DNA of 64,000 nt from Octopus vulgaris (GCA_951406725.2 OX597825.1:67332001-67396000); one strand, 5' to 3'. Positions 28,546-43,547 are shown, counted from the stretch's first letter. Made by a program: numbers and translations. The notes: generated by a model not told the origin, from the sequence alone.

Positions 28546-28903
28546 TAAATTTGTTATAATAGTGAAAAATATTATATAATCATATACATATAAATATAAA
28601 AATATAAAAATGTAAAATATAAAAACTTATACATCATAATGCTACACTTATATAATATAATACACATTTGTACAAAAAGGAAGGTAAACAGAACAATATA
28701 AAACAAAATATATAACAGTGTATATATTAATTATTAATAAGTACCGATATTATACATATTTGGCTAATAGTTTTTTTTTTTTTTTTTTTTTTTTTATAAA
28801 AAAAAAAAAAAAAAGGCTAACACATATGGAGATGAAAAATAATAATTAAATCCGTGGTACAGTTCATAAAATTCTAAAGCTATAAAAGTTAATAAAAATT
28901 ACT

Positions 28904-28941
<38 letters not shown>

Positions 28942-30689
28942 TAATAATAATAAAAAAATACTAAAAATAGATACAGTTAAGTTAGCACCAAGTCCATCCT
29001 TTCAAGATCGAAATAACTATGAGTTAAGAAAAGCTGACCACTAGGTAAAGAAAATTTAGATTAATTCGATTGGCTATTGGTTTGAAATTTAAATCACAAA
29101 AGAAAATTATACGGTTGGTTAGTCAAGGAACGCCAATATTCACACACGCATCTACAGATCAATCGCACATACACACATAGTTATATGTATATACATACAC
29201 TTATACACATACATATTAACAAGCAACAACTAGCACTTAGATAAACAAAAAAGGGAAGCAACTATGCTAACATTTAGTCCTTCAAAATTATAACTGAGCC
29301 TTAATAACAAAAAAAGAACCATCCATGCATTCTATAAAATATTTAATTTAGATATAAATATATTTTTAAATATCAGTATGTTACTAATTCAGATAATTAT
29401 TTCATGGGTAACTTAAAATTTATAACACCGGTTTGTTACAGAGTAAACATACGGTTGTTAGGTTTATCGTAAGTTTGTTATGATTTTAAGTACGCTAAAT
29501 TATAAAATATAAAATATAAAATATATATTAATTTAAATATTATAAATAAGTCACTTATTAACTTAATAAATATAGTGCCATAATATACCAGTTTAGGCAT
29601 TAAAGAATAGAAGGGGAAGTATTAATGTAAACGCTTATGAGAACATCACAGAAATTTTAAATAAATTTTATATTATAAAGACTTAAGATGAAAAGAGATA
29701 AAATAAATAAGAAGGAATAAATACGAAGGAATAAATACGGTTGTACACATAATTATAAGTACAAACTAGTATATATGTATTCATATATTATTAAAATTAA
29801 ATACAAATAAATGATAGATATGTATGTATAAAACTACACCAGTATAAGTAAATAAGTAAAAAATAAATAGGTAACAAATTAGATGACTTGATATGTATGT
29901 AAACATCTACACTTAAATAGGCAAATAAATAAATGAATAGAAGACTAGATGCAAAGATTGATAATATTACAATAAAATGGGAAATAAATAAAAATAAATA
30001 AAGTGAATATATATATTTTATATATATTTTATATTGTTGAAAGTAAAAATGTATGGAAGGATAGTTTAAAGTACAGATCCAGAGGACTATAGATATAAAC
30101 TAAATATATGAGGCTGGTAATAATTATAAAGCAAAATGCATGTAAATGAGAAAATGAAAAAAAGAAAAATGAAAAAGGTTTATCAGTGAATAGCATAAGA
30201 TACAAATTAAGGTGAGTACAAAAAGACCAAATATATAATAAAAACCTTCCAAATAAACACATACAAAAAACCTATAATCTCAACCTAAACCCACCAAACT
30301 CATAAAAGGCTCTCATATATTACATATTATACAATATCATTACATTATCTAGAGCTAGGTATCTAACCAAGATATACATATATACTATGCAATATACTAT
30401 GCAATATTGGAAAACTTCAAAAATCACACATTACAAGGCAAATACCAAAATGAATATGCTATTTTATGTCATATTGCATTTCTCTTAAAAAAACAAACAA
30501 AAACCCACATACAAAAATCAAGGAACCAATAATACTAGACACATCCATTAATTATTATACAAATGTAGCTATAAAAATTATAAAATTATGAAATTTATAA
30601 ATTGTATACTTTAGAATTATAGAGGACCACAGGTATATTTAGTTAAAGAAGGGAATTAAAAAATTAATAATAGTGGAAGTGCTAAGTTC

Positions 30690-33410
30690 TATTTGAATCT
30701 AGAAAAGGTGAACGGTAGCCTATGAATACAAAGAAGTTTTTCTCATTAATGTTGTTAATAATTTGCCGACCCGCTTTAATAATGAAGAAAATTTCATTAA
30801 TACATAGAGAGCATTTTTATTTTTTCCATTATACACAGGTGCTGAAGTTAGTATTTTCCAGTTTAATCTAAAATCTAAGTTCTTACTTTTAAGTTCCCAA
30901 ATGTATGCACTTAGCCCTGTAGAGTACATTCTATTTTTATTCCTAAAAGTATATCTGTGATAATTCCATCTTTGTTTTATGCTATTCATAGTTGCACCGA
31001 TATACACCCTACTACTCAATTGTGTATCTACAGTGCATTGGTAAACTACCTCCTTTCTGAGGCATTGATTACCAAATACACATTTATTTTTATTTCTGCA
31101 ATTACAAAGATTAACAGAATGAGGAAATCTAAGATTGGACACCACCCCTATACTACTATTCACATTATAAGTGTTACAATTGTTATCATCATCCAAACCC
31201 AAAATCAACGAATGAGTTAATTTCACATTATCGGCTATATTTCTATCACTAGTACTAGTATTGGTAGTAGTAGTATGATCTATTACATTTATATTATCTC
31301 TGACAGGTATGGTGCACTCATTATTAGTAAGGAGGTTGTTCCCATTTGTTCCAAGAAAATTTCTATTCCTATTATTAATGAAGAGGGGCAAGTTATCCTG
31401 GTCTAAATTCAATTTTCTATCCTTATAGAAGTGATCCAGTTTCTTGTTATTAAAAGAGGAGATAATGGTGGCTAGATTATGAGTAATGCTATATCCCACT
31501 CTAACAGTACCGTTGTTAATTAAAGGACTAAATTTATTCCTATCCTTACCAAAATGCCTAAAAATAACATTATGCAAAGCTCTCACTATGTTTGTTTTAA
31601 TCTGCATTGCATACGGGATAATCAACCAAAGAGTATCCTTATCAGAATTAGGATTGCCTATAGAATTAATGTTATTTGTGAAAATCCTATTCGTAGACCA
31701 ACTCATAGGATTACTATTCTTACCACTGTTATTATTATATCTATCTATATCAATATTACCATGGTTATTGCGCAAGTAAACTTTACCATTATCATGTCTA
31801 CCATAAGTTTTAATTCGTATATTATTATTAATATTACTACTATTACCCGTATGCTTAGATCTATTTGAGCTACCGTTCACCTTTCCAAGGTTAACGTCAC
31901 TTCCACATTTATTATAGGTGTTATCATATATTCCATTTTTACTATTCTTATGTATATTGTTGATTATCCTAAATCTATTTGTGTTGTTCCTGATAGTTCT
32001 ACCTCCATTAGGGGGTTCCCCTTAGGTATAAACCAAATCTTACTTTTATATCCTGCCTTAAGTAATGCTGCATTGTATCTATCACAGTGTTTGTTAAAAA
32101 TTTCCTCGTTTGAGGATAAACTAGAAATTCTTTGACTAATGCTACGCACTAGTGCATTTTTAATTTGGGGGGGTGATTACTAGAACGGTTAATGTATATT
32201 AGGTTAGAATTAGGTTTAATATAGGGTTCATGTAAACCATTAGTAACGTTACAATTAACATCTAAATAATTAGCAGAATAATTTTCGCTTTCAATGATAA
32301 TGGATAGGCCGAAGCTTTTAAAAAATTTATTTATTCTTTTTTTCAGAAGATCTAATCTCCTATTTGATGTATTCCTAACACAAAATAAGGCGTCATCCCT
32401 GTATAATCCACCTTTTAATTCAGGGAATTCCCTACTAAAGTTATCTAATAGATACATCCCAACTAGATCAGTCACCTCCGCTGAGTCCGGCGATCCCATT
32501 GTGATATCGAACAAGTTGGGTGTGTCCTTTCTAGCCCAAAGTTTATTATCAAACTCTATTAAAGTTTTCCTGGCTGTTAGTATAACCTTAATCTCCCCCA
32601 TACTTAGTTTAGTGTGTTTTCTAGCAAAAATTAAGGACTTATTTAATATAATAGGGTTAATTGAAGTGTAATAATTCTGTATATCGAATTGTATAAATTT
32701 ATTTCTATTATAGCTAAAGTTGTTACTGTCACAGACCTTAATGGTAGAAAACCAATCCAAAGCACCCTGAGTATTCTTCCAAAGGTTTAGTTTGATTTTA
32801 TTGCGGATGGTGGGTAGATATTTATCTAGAATGAGTTTACTTAGTCTGCCTAAGTCAGATTTAGTGGGGCAAATTAATCTGACCTGTGTGTTTCCAAGAA
32901 AATTCTCTTTATGATCCTTTAGTGTAATTCTCGGTCTGGATGGGGTGTAGGGTTCCGTTTTTTCTTCTAGGTAGTAGTCAAATATGATTTCTCTGATCTC
33001 CAGGTTCAGTTTTCTAAGTGTACTAGAAGGTACTACTTTGTATTTCTTGGTTATTTCATTGTGTAGAAGATCATGATATGCAGTAATGTCCATGTTGTAG
33101 ATGTTGTTGGTTTTGTCAGAATGTGTTAGAATGCCGCTCTTACCTTTGAGAGTTCTAATTAAGTCTTTCAATTCTCTTTGGTGCGGGTTATATCTTAAAG
33201 GATGATTTCTAAATTTTATGTTTTTTACAGTCTCCCATAGTTCTTGTTCAAAATTGTCTAGATGTATATTTGGTGGAGGAGACTTTCTAGATTTAAATGT
33301 AGTGCCTGTTAGTTTTAATATTTCTTCATAGGTGCTTCCAATTCCATTACGGATCGTTTCCCCAGTGTGTTGTTGGTTTATTTTATTATTATAGTTCTCA
33401 TGGTGGAAAA
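30690..33410 (-). pseudogene. PLE reverse transcriptase-GIY-YIG endonuclease ORF, disrupted
   Basis: RT motifs SDKTNNIY, RITLKDHK, RLICP, FDIQNYY, ITMGSPDSAEV, GLYRDDAL, YLDV, SNHPP. EN motifs CNCRNKNKC..GNQC..VVYQC, YIGAT..KQRW..H, LSAYIWELK, CSLC..E. Frameshift near 32160, in-frame TAA at 31964, frameshifts near 30815 and 30740. Confidence 0.92.
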
Positions 33411-33526
33411 TATATATATATATCTCCACACTCAGAGTCGCTTATATTAACGACTAGAGAGCTCTTGCAAAGCCATATCTTTTCCTGTAGTATCGGCTGT
33501 TTCCGTATGACATTTTTTTGTACCAC

Positions 33527-33601
<75 letters not shown>

Positions 33602-34292
33602 GCGTTCAGGTGGTGATAAATATCACTTTTCGTTTCTCATACTGCTTCTATCTCGAATAGATTTTCTAACGGAATAAGACCTTGTTACAAAATCAGTGAT
33701 TGTATAACACTATTTTCTATATATTGCAAACGAAGTTAGACTACTGTCATGCTTGGCAAACGAGTTCCCACCACTGAAGAGATCCAATAAGGTCGAAATA
33801 ACACGGTCTGGTCGAACAATGTAATCGATGTAATCGATTTGCCCCTTTCCCCGAAATTTGTGGCCACTCATATTGTCTACACTGACACACACACACCGGG
33901 ATACGCACGCACACACATACACACATGCGCGCACACACGCGCACACACACCCTCACATGAACTCGGTATCATTTTTGTTTTAGCCCTTTAAATTTAGCTC
34001 CTGTGCCAAATTTTAAGGTCAATATTACAAACAAGTAATTTTCCAAATACAATAAATATGAATTTATAATCGCCACATGTATGTACAGAGTATTTCGGAA
34101 CAATAATTGGTTCAGTTATTAGAATGCAGCCATGTTGGGACAGCGCCTTCAAGGAGTTTCATCGACAAAATCGACCACACCACCTATTTTTCAGCTTGAT
34201 GCTTGCTCGCACGGGTCACTTTAACCGAAATACTAAGTTGCAGGGAACTTAGTAAACACCCCCAGCACACAAACATACATACATACATACAT

Positions 34293-34341
<49 letters not shown>

Positions 34342-34738
34342 TAGACAGATAGATAGATAGACAGATACATATATAATTATACATGTCAGGCTTCTTTCGG
34401 TCTTCGTCTGCCAAGGATTCGGTAGGGGCAGAGGCTAAAGTAGAGAACACTTGATCAGAAACAAACTTTCCCTCACATAGGCACGAATATTGTCCACATT
34501 ATAAAAAACAGACATACACACGCACATGCACATGCACACACAAACATAAACACACATACACACGTAGATACACACGCACAAGCACACAGACACAGACACA
34601 AACGCACACACACACAGAACTTGATCTTCTTTTCAAGTGGCACTTCGCTTCAGCTCTTACCATGATATTCTCGCTCTGAACATGACATTATGACAACGAT
34701 ATCAAATTCTCTTCTCGATATCGTTTTAGCAAAGAGAG

Positions 34739-34878
<140 letters not shown>

Positions 34879-34901
34879 TATATACATACATACATACATA
34901 C

Positions 34902-34938
<37 letters not shown>

Positions 34939-34983
34939 TATATGTCCGTCTATGTGTATATGCGCGTACGCGTTTGTTTGTGC

Positions 34984-35036
<53 letters not shown>

Positions 35037-35076
35037 AACACACATAATTATTTATTTACCTATGTATTCGTGTATA

Positions 35077-35124
<48 letters not shown>

Positions 35125-35673
35125 AAATGGTGTCTATATATATACGTACATGTGCTTATATATGCATATATACATGCATAGATATATGTATGCATATATG
35201 TATGTATATATTTATATGTAAGAAGTGTATATATGCGTACGTATTAATACGCGTGCAAGTGTACGCACGCATGTCTGTAGCCACATATTTCTGACTCAGA
35301 AACATTTTTCTATAGCATTACTTGAAGTGTATAATTATAAATATGCTGCATGTGTATTTAAATATAAGTTAGCATTTCAGGCCTATGGTGGTAGTCTAGA
35401 TGTATTAATATTTAACGAGTGTCAATAATTCAGAATTCTTGGAGAATTAAATAGCAAATAAATCTAAATTTACCGATGATTTAGTTCTATTGATCGCTGT
35501 AATATAAAAACGCCCGGCCGACGCTTCCAGATTATATTTCCAAGAAAAGCGGAGTCTTTAAACTGTTTCACACTAGAGTCAAATAAACATCTCGGGTTTA
35601 AGAAGGTTTTTCTTTTAATATATCATCACGATATATCCGCTTCCAAAGAATCTTGTATACATGTGTGTGTGTG

Positions 35674-35753
<80 letters not shown>

Positions 35754-35853
35754 AATTAACAATTGAGGATAAAATCTTTAAAAGAAATTATCAGTAGTTA
35801 CGGTTGGCTATCGAGCTTGTAACGTTATGTTTTTTCTTATATATCTTGAGTTT

Positions 35854-35917
35854 GTTGCACTGATGAACATAGAATGCATATTCTGCATTAATTGCGAAAT
35901 CACAGGTGATATGTAAC
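35854..35917 (+). ncRNA. Type I HHR in a ~300-bp TA-flanked cassette (about 35753-36052)
   Basis: GUUGCA-CUGAUGA-ACAUAG AAUGCA UAUUC UGCAUU AAUUGC-GAA-AUCAC AG GUGAU-A/UGUAAC; stem I is 6 bp; the first stem II pair is an A-C mismatch. Confidence 0.8.
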
Positions 35918-36045
35918 TAAATTCTTTTTTTAAATGATTTGCTTTGAAGTTTTGCATTCGGTAAAATTTTGTTTACTTTAGTAGTTTTGACCGCATTGGT
36001 CCCTCTTAGCGTTTGGTATCTACGAATAGTAGTACCCTCAATATA

Positions 36046-36083
<38 letters not shown>

Positions 36084-36192
36084 GTGTGTGTGTGTCCTTG
36101 TGCATGTGCACGTATATATCTATCTATCTTTCTATTTACACCTGGTTATTGCTTATACACCTGTCTTCGTCTTTTGTTTTTCTGTAAATTTC

Positions 36193-36233
<41 letters not shown>

Positions 36234-36236
36234 TTG

Positions 36237-36424
<188 letters not shown>

Positions 36425-36997
36425 TTATACATATAATTATACATATATATATAGATAGATATATATATATATGCATATTTATATATATGAGGATAGGATA
36501 TGGCTATTTATTCAGTGTGTGTGTAGATATATATATGTGTTGAGGTGGTTTAAAAAGGTAAGTGAATCTAAGTAACGTGTAGTCGTTTTTAAATAGGTTT
36601 ATTAACTTACCAAACTAGTTTTTAGCTATTCAATAGTACGAATGTATAAGAAGAATGTGGGGTGTTGAAGAGAGTCTAACATTACAAGGTAAATATTGAA
36701 CAAACATGTTTAAACCATCAAATGTTCACAGACATTTCAAAGATTTTAACAGGGATAGATAGTAATATCTGTGTAAATGTTCGGTGAAGTTCATAACAAA
36801 TGTGCATTATTGAAAGTTCAGTCATATTGAGTTTTTATATAAAAAGTGGAGAAGAAAGTAAAAATGGCGGAGAGAAAGAAAAAAGTTGTTTTTACTATTC
36901 ATCGTAGTGTGTGTAGTTCTTTTCCAGTTTCTGTCTCGGTGTACTGGTCCTTTCTCCTTTCACGGCTCGTGTAGTTATAAGTGCCCGAATATGTTTA

Positions 36998-37061
<64 letters not shown>

Positions 37062-37069
37062 TTATGGAA

Positions 37070-37290
37070 AAGGATCCAATTTTTTAAGGATTTCTGTGAA
37101 GAGTACGATGTAATCTGCAAATCGGTGGCATATATGTTGCTCCCCTTAATGGTAACGCAACATGTCCAGTCAATGTCTTTTATGACCATTTCTAGATATG
37201 CTGTAGAGAGCTTTGGAGTGATAGTATCACTTTGTTTGATACGCTTACTAGGGGTAATAGCTGCGTTATACCTAATGTACATCCAAAGTT
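37070..37290 (-). pseudogene. RTE-clade LINE RT fragment
   Basis: KRIKQSDTITPKLSTAYLE resembles RGVRQGDTISPKLFTA.LE; a shifted frame gives HRFADYIVL (FADD motif). Confidence 0.7.
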
Positions 37291-37799
37291 CGCATGTCTG
37301 ACCATTTTCAGATAATGCACTTCAGCACCTTTCCAGAGATTTCAACACTAAATTCATATTGTCGCAAGACGAATGCCTACATATGCGTAAAACATCGGAC
37401 AAATGTGAAACAGAAGCAAATCGAAATATTGCCCGAAAATTGTGCGACCCGACCTAGTTTCCGGGATTATTTTAGTAGCAAATAAGACTTGTGTCAAAAG
37501 ACAGTTCATTTCGTAGATAGATAAGCAGCTTTTTTATTATAGAACAGATGTGATTAATTCGGAGAAACATTACTTTCATTATTCCCACACCGTCACTCTC
37601 GTAATGCAGCACTTGGTAATTTTGATTCAAATTGAATGTGTGGAATTATTTTCACTTTATATTGAAGCCTGGTCGTTGTAGAGCAGAGTATTTCAAATAA
37701 CTAGGTATAGCTGGTTGTTGAGATAACTTTAAAAATGTGTAAATGAAAATAAAGTTTATTTGAAATGTGTAAATGATTTTATTGTTCTGGTCTTAACAT

Positions 37800-38130
37800 C
37801 ATGGTAAGAACAGAGGTCATTTGACGACATCGTTTTGTTTGTAATTGGCTCTCCTGTTGCAGGTTCAATCTGTGGAATATTGATATGATACCCATCTTGT
37901 CCAGTCTAAGAGGAAACTGGAGAGTATCACAAGAGGGATGAGTCTGTCAAACACGTTTAAGGTTGTTATCTCGAACACGAATAAGAATATCATGATTTTC
38001 ATGGAGATCCCCTACCATAAGGATGGCTGCTTCATTAAACGTGGGCTCATTAAAATGGCGTAAAATGCTTCATTATAATTTATTATAGACGTACGAATGC
38101 AGGAAAATGCTCACAATCAGAATTACATAG
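37800..38130 (-). pseudogene. Helitron Rep-region fragment
   Basis: FNEPTFNEAAILMVGD..NHDILIRVRDNNLKRV*QTHPSCDTLQFPL and GYHINIPQIEPATGEP match the Helitron N-terminal FNxPTxNEVA / HxSYDxLQYPL motifs. Confidence 0.7.
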
Positions 38131-39259
38131 ACACTCATAGAATTGATAAAGTGAAGCTCCAACAAAATTCAGAAGGTATAATTCAATTTTTCATACAAAA
38201 ATAATTTATTTCACAATTTTGAAACGAACGCTGAACAAAACGTGTACAAAGGAATATGTTGCTGTTATGAACGTTAATTAATTTAAAACATTCGCTGAAG
38301 GATGTATGTAGCTAGACATAAATTAATTTGACATTACTATATGTTTTAACTGTGTAAAGTTATAGGCTGTAGGCTGTAGAATAAATAATGACTTACGACA
38401 CTAAAAAGATTGTGCGGCGTTGAATACTTACACTCATAACACAGCATAGCAGAATACTATAAGGACGCTAGGACTGTGAAAAACAAAATTATCTTCAAAC
38501 TTGTCATAAGGAGTGGAATAACATTTCTGTAATTATAGAAAGAGCCGCTAAGGCTTTCCTCTTCGCCAAGCTTCCGAATTTGTTATAACCAGAATAACAT
38601 TTTTTCCCCAGATATATTTGCGATTATTGTGAGTTCTGTCAAATCAGCTAAATATTCATATTGGTTATAAAAACCAGAATAAAATTTCAGCACATAAATA
38701 GTGATAATCGTTAATGCTGTTTAAGTCGCAACTCTCCATGATGAAAAGGAATATTCAAACAGTGGTACTTCAAAATGAACGCTGTCTTTCGTCTAAAATC
38801 CAGGCCGCAACGAAACGCGTTTCACTTTGGGCGGTACAGTCACTTATATATTTACTCTAAGACAGACACTGACAGACACACATTCATGCACACCTAAGGC
38901 CTATCCTTGTCACTCTGTGTGTCTGTTTTTGTCTTTAGATACGTGTGTTTGTGTGTGTGTGTATGTGTCACACACATATAGTTCTAAGTCATCAGCTTAA
39001 CGGGCATAACGAACTCTCGTACACACTCGTATAGAATATGCGACGCCATCGTCCTTGTATAGTGGTATAAAATATCGTTTACGATAGGAGACTAACAGAG
39101 GAATTTTGATGTTAATGTTTTGTACTGCAAATATGTAAATGAAAATAAAGTTTATTTGGTGCCCGAACGATTACTGAATCTTTTGATACTCCATACGTCA
39201 AAATCGGCAAATCAGTTTCCGAATGCATAAGGGACATACGCACGCACACATACACGTTC

Positions 39260-39312
<53 letters not shown>

Positions 39313-39330
39313 CATATATACATACATACA

Positions 39331-39361
<31 letters not shown>

Positions 39362-39594
39362 GAGAGGAATGACCACTATATGGACAAACGCTATGCTAGT
39401 AGATCCGCTATGGTCTTACCACTCAGAAATGTTCTCAAGAAAAAAATTAGCAAACACCAGAAAGTTAGCGAGGAAGACAAATGAATAGTAACAAAAATAT
39501 AAATTATTCACATACATGTTTCACTATTAACAGATTACGTAATTTGTTAATAGTGAAACGTGTATTATATGAATAATCATATATATATGAATTA

Positions 39595-39717
<123 letters not shown>

Positions 39718-40048
39718 ATGTATGTATGTATGTATGTATATATGTATGTATATGCTAAATATAACGTTTATTACATCTATAAAAGTTACAGTTATTGAGT
39801 CTTCAAGTATATTGTCGGATTGAAAAAATATGTAGAATTTGGGAGGAATATGTTTGCATTGTTTTGTTGATGCAGTTCCTCTTATACTTGTTCTTATTCT
39901 TTAAATTTGCATTACTTTCCATTGTTATACAATTAAAATGAACCAAGCATCTTCTATATATTTTTTCTACTTCAGTTTCTTTTATTGAATTTTTGATTTA
40001 TGAGACAGTTTATATATATTAAAAAAATTTTATCAATATATTTAGTTA

Positions 40049-40430
40049 GGTGCAGGAATGGCTGTGTGGTAAGTAGCCTTCTTACCAGCGACATAATTCC
40101 GGGTTCAGTCCCACTGCTTGGCACATTGGGCAAGTGTCTTCTACTATAGCTTCGGACCGACCAAAGCATTGTGAGTGAATTTGGTATACGGAAACTGAAA
40201 GAAGCCTGTCGTATATATGTGTATACATGTGTATACATTTGTGTGTCCGTGTTTGTCCCCCCAACATCACTTGACAACCGATGCTGATGTGTTTACGTCC
40301 CAGTAACTTAGTGATAGAATAAGCACTAGGCTTACAAAGAATAAGTACTGGAGTCGATTTGCTCGAGTAAAGGCGGTGCTCCAGCATGGCCGCAGTCAAA
40401 TGACTGAAACAAGTAAAAGAGTAAAGAGTA
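40049..40430 (+). mobile_element. SINE family A, nearly full length
   Basis: Head, body and AAAGAGT tail are all present. Confidence 0.85.
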
Positions 40431-41048
40431 AAACCTGTTAGCATCTGGATTGTTTTTAACAATCGCTTACGGTACAGACATATAGTGTCCTCAAATTTGT
40501 ATATATATACTGTGTATATATAAAAGGCTTGCTTCCACGAAGTTTCCTTTTACTATGATTTCTCAGAAGGTATTTATTGACCCGGGGCTATGACACACCG
40601 GTACTAAATCTGAAGCTATGCGGTTGCAAAGCGATTACCATCGCATTGATATGCTTGCGCTGACAAATTAGCAAACTAATAACCTTCCTTCGGTCTATGC
40701 CTCTGAAATCAGAATCAAATCTTTTATTACGGATATTACTTTTAGATTCTTAAGGATATCATAATGATAGTGTACAAACCATCTGTAACTTCTGAAAGCG
40801 GTTCTTTATTCTACACAATCAGAGGTGGTGTTGCATCCGAGAAACATAGGAAAGAGATAACAGCTTGAAATCAATGTGATATTTCGTAAATAATAATTGA
40901 ACTACATCGTATGCATGTAGCGACAGCTTCTATGTATGTATGTATCTATCTATCTAACTATTTATCTATCTGTTTATCTTTCTATACATGCATATATGCA
41001 TACATATATATATATATATACACACACATATATATGTATATTCATATA

Positions 41049-41088
<40 letters not shown>

Positions 41089-41122
41089 TATTCTGTGTGT
41101 GTGTATGTATAAATATATATAC

Positions 41123-41163
<41 letters not shown>

Positions 41164-41253
41164 CTTGTATCTATGTATGTATGTATATACTGTCTATCTA
41201 TCTATATATATATTTCTATCTACAGATGAATGCGTGCATGGATATAAATATAG

Positions 41254-41312
<59 letters not shown>

Positions 41313-41334
41313 TAGATAGATAGATATAGATAGA

Positions 41335-41405
<71 letters not shown>

Positions 41406-41559
41406 GTATGTATGTATATGTATATGTATATACAGACATACAGGTGAAAAAGATTAGAGATCTATACAAATCAAATTTATATAAATTGACGATGGAGGTG
41501 GAAATGGCACGTAATTTCAATTTAAGAGGGAATTTAATACAAATTATTTAAAAATTATA

Positions 41560-43512
41560 TAAAGGAAATATTACCGGTTCTCATTTTATCAAATATCAGT
41601 AATCGGTAAAAATTTATAAACATTTGGATTGGATTAGAATTGGACCGGATCCCTAACTTCTGGCTTAACAGTTTGACAGAAATACACCAAAATGTTTTTG
41701 GCGTCACCCAGAACCCAAACCAAATACCTGCCTGACTGACCGAATGAACAACATACTTTTCTGCCAATTACATGTCTAAACACCACCTACACGATCCTCA
41801 CATCCATACTAACTGAAAGAGTATACGCTTTTCTGGTACAAAAATCTACCCTTTCACGGGTTCAAAAAAGATTGTAAAGGAATTCTTATGTTTGCAGAGA
41901 TCAATTACTCATAAAAATATTGGATTGTAGAGAATTGCCGGAGCAACAAGAACAACCTTAGTATGGCATGTAGACTACAAGGAAAGCGTTTGATAGAGTC
42001 CCACATAATTGGTTACTCACGGCTCTTGAGATATGCAAAATCTCTCCTGTCGTCTCCAAGTTCTTGCAAGGTAGCATAGCCAAGTGAAAAACACGTCTAT
42101 TTTTCAACCATAGTAATGGGATGAGCCAATCTAACATCAATATCAAGCAAAGCATCTTTCAAGATGACTCCCTCTCCCCATTACTCTTTTGCATGGCACT
42201 GACCCCACTCTCAAACGAACTGAGTAACACCAGGTATGGATTCAAAATGTATAATATTATATAGTAAAGCGTATTTTATATGGACGATCTGAAGTTGTTT
42301 GCTTGAAATGATGAATAGCTAGTAGGGCTGTGAACAACTGTTGAAGGGTTCAGCAATGACACCGGGATGGATTTTGGCCTTAATAAGTGTGCAGTTTGTA
42401 ACATAATTTCTAGGTAACTAAAAAGTTTTAAACTTTGTATACTGGTAGAATGTGTTTATAAAAGATCCATTTTCTCTTGGTTTTATTGAGAAAATTCTAT
42501 AGTTTGTAAGATATTTTGTCTGAAAATCCGAGCATTTCGGCAATTTTAACCAATCGATTACCTCCATTCAACTAAAATCATTTGCTGCGTCTAAAACTGA
42601 GACAACATCCTGTCACTACCCCTCAACTGTTTTGTTTGTTAATTGTTTAAGTCATTTTCCATTGCTTTCGGTTTTTTTTTTTACACGCGTAACAATTAAA
42701 TTAATTTAACAATTAAGAAAAAAAAATTAGGGTCAGGGTTAGGTTGAGGGGTAGTAACAGGATGTTGTCTCAGTTTTAGACGCAGCAAATGATTTTAGCT
42801 CAAAAGAGAGCATAGGATTGGTTAAAATTCGAAAAATTAAACTACGTTAAACAAAAAAATTACAATTTTCTCAAGAAAGCCAAGAGAAAAAAATGTTTTA
42901 TTTTGACGCATTCTACCAGTATACGAAGTTTTAAAGTGTTTAATTAACTAGAAATTGTCTGCTGTTCAAAAGGAAAAGATCCTGGAATCTTACAGAACTC
43001 CAACGATTGGACATGAAGACAAGAAAACTACTAACATCTTAGAACAGGCACCACCAAAAAGCAGACGTTGATTGTTTGTACCTACCTAGAACTAACGGGG
43101 GAAGAGGAATGATGAAGGTAGAACTGTACTGTAAAAACAGAGCAAACAAGATAGTGCATTCTGAGAAGTGAAACAATAATTATTTCTACTATAGGCACAA
43201 GGCCTGAAATTTGGGGGTAGAGGATAAGTCGATTACATCGACCCCAGTACTCAACTGGTACTTAATTTATCGACGCCAAAAGAATGAAAGGCAGAGTCGA
43301 CCCCAGCGGAATTTGAACTCAGAACGTAGCGACGGGCGAAATGCCGCAAAGCATTTTGCCAGACGTGCTAACGATTCTGCCAACTCGCCGCCGCCGGATA
43401 TAACAAACTTTAGGAGGGACAAACAAGAGCGCCTTATAATTGACGTAGCAGTGCCATAAGATCAACATATCACCATGAAAGGAAGAGAAAACATTGATAA
43501 ATATGAAGACCT
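41560..43512 (+). mobile_element. Decayed R4/Dong-clade non-LTR retrotransposon (RT and restriction-like endonuclease remnants), interrupted by a MITE and SINE B
   Basis: DYK.AFDRVPHNWL, IFQDDSLSPLLFCMALTPLS, FYMDDLKLFA, GMDFGLNKCA, HHQKADVDCLYLPRTNGGRG, LIIDVAVP*D..KYEDL. Confidence 0.85.
42392..42964. mobile_element. Palindromic MITE (~570 bp)
   Basis: Arms are complementary along most of their length: AATTTCTAGGTAACTAAA..TATACTGGTAGAATG / CATTCTACCAGTATA..TAACTAGAAATT, and TTTGCTGCGTCTAAAACTGAGACAACATCCTGT / ACAGGATGTTGTCTCAGTTTTAGACGCAGCAAA. It splits the Dong RT. Confidence 0.85.
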
Positions 43513-43547
43513 AGGTGCAGGAGTGGCTGTGAGGTAAGTAGCTTGCT

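Larger units (their letters stand above)
28221..33410 (-). mobile_element. Near-full-length Penelope-like element, Naiad-like, 5'-truncated, (TA)n at both ends
   Basis: RT + GIY-YIG ORF remnants at 33410-30690, ~2.4-kb AT-rich 3' region, HHR at 28421-28545, TA tracts at 28200-28220 and 33410-33423. Confidence 0.9.

Noticed and set aside
30690-31140. Selenoprotein-type Naiad endonuclease (reported for some Naiads)
   Set aside because: The linker and endonuclease cysteines are ordinary TGY codons, and the in-frame stop at 31964 is TAA, not TGA.
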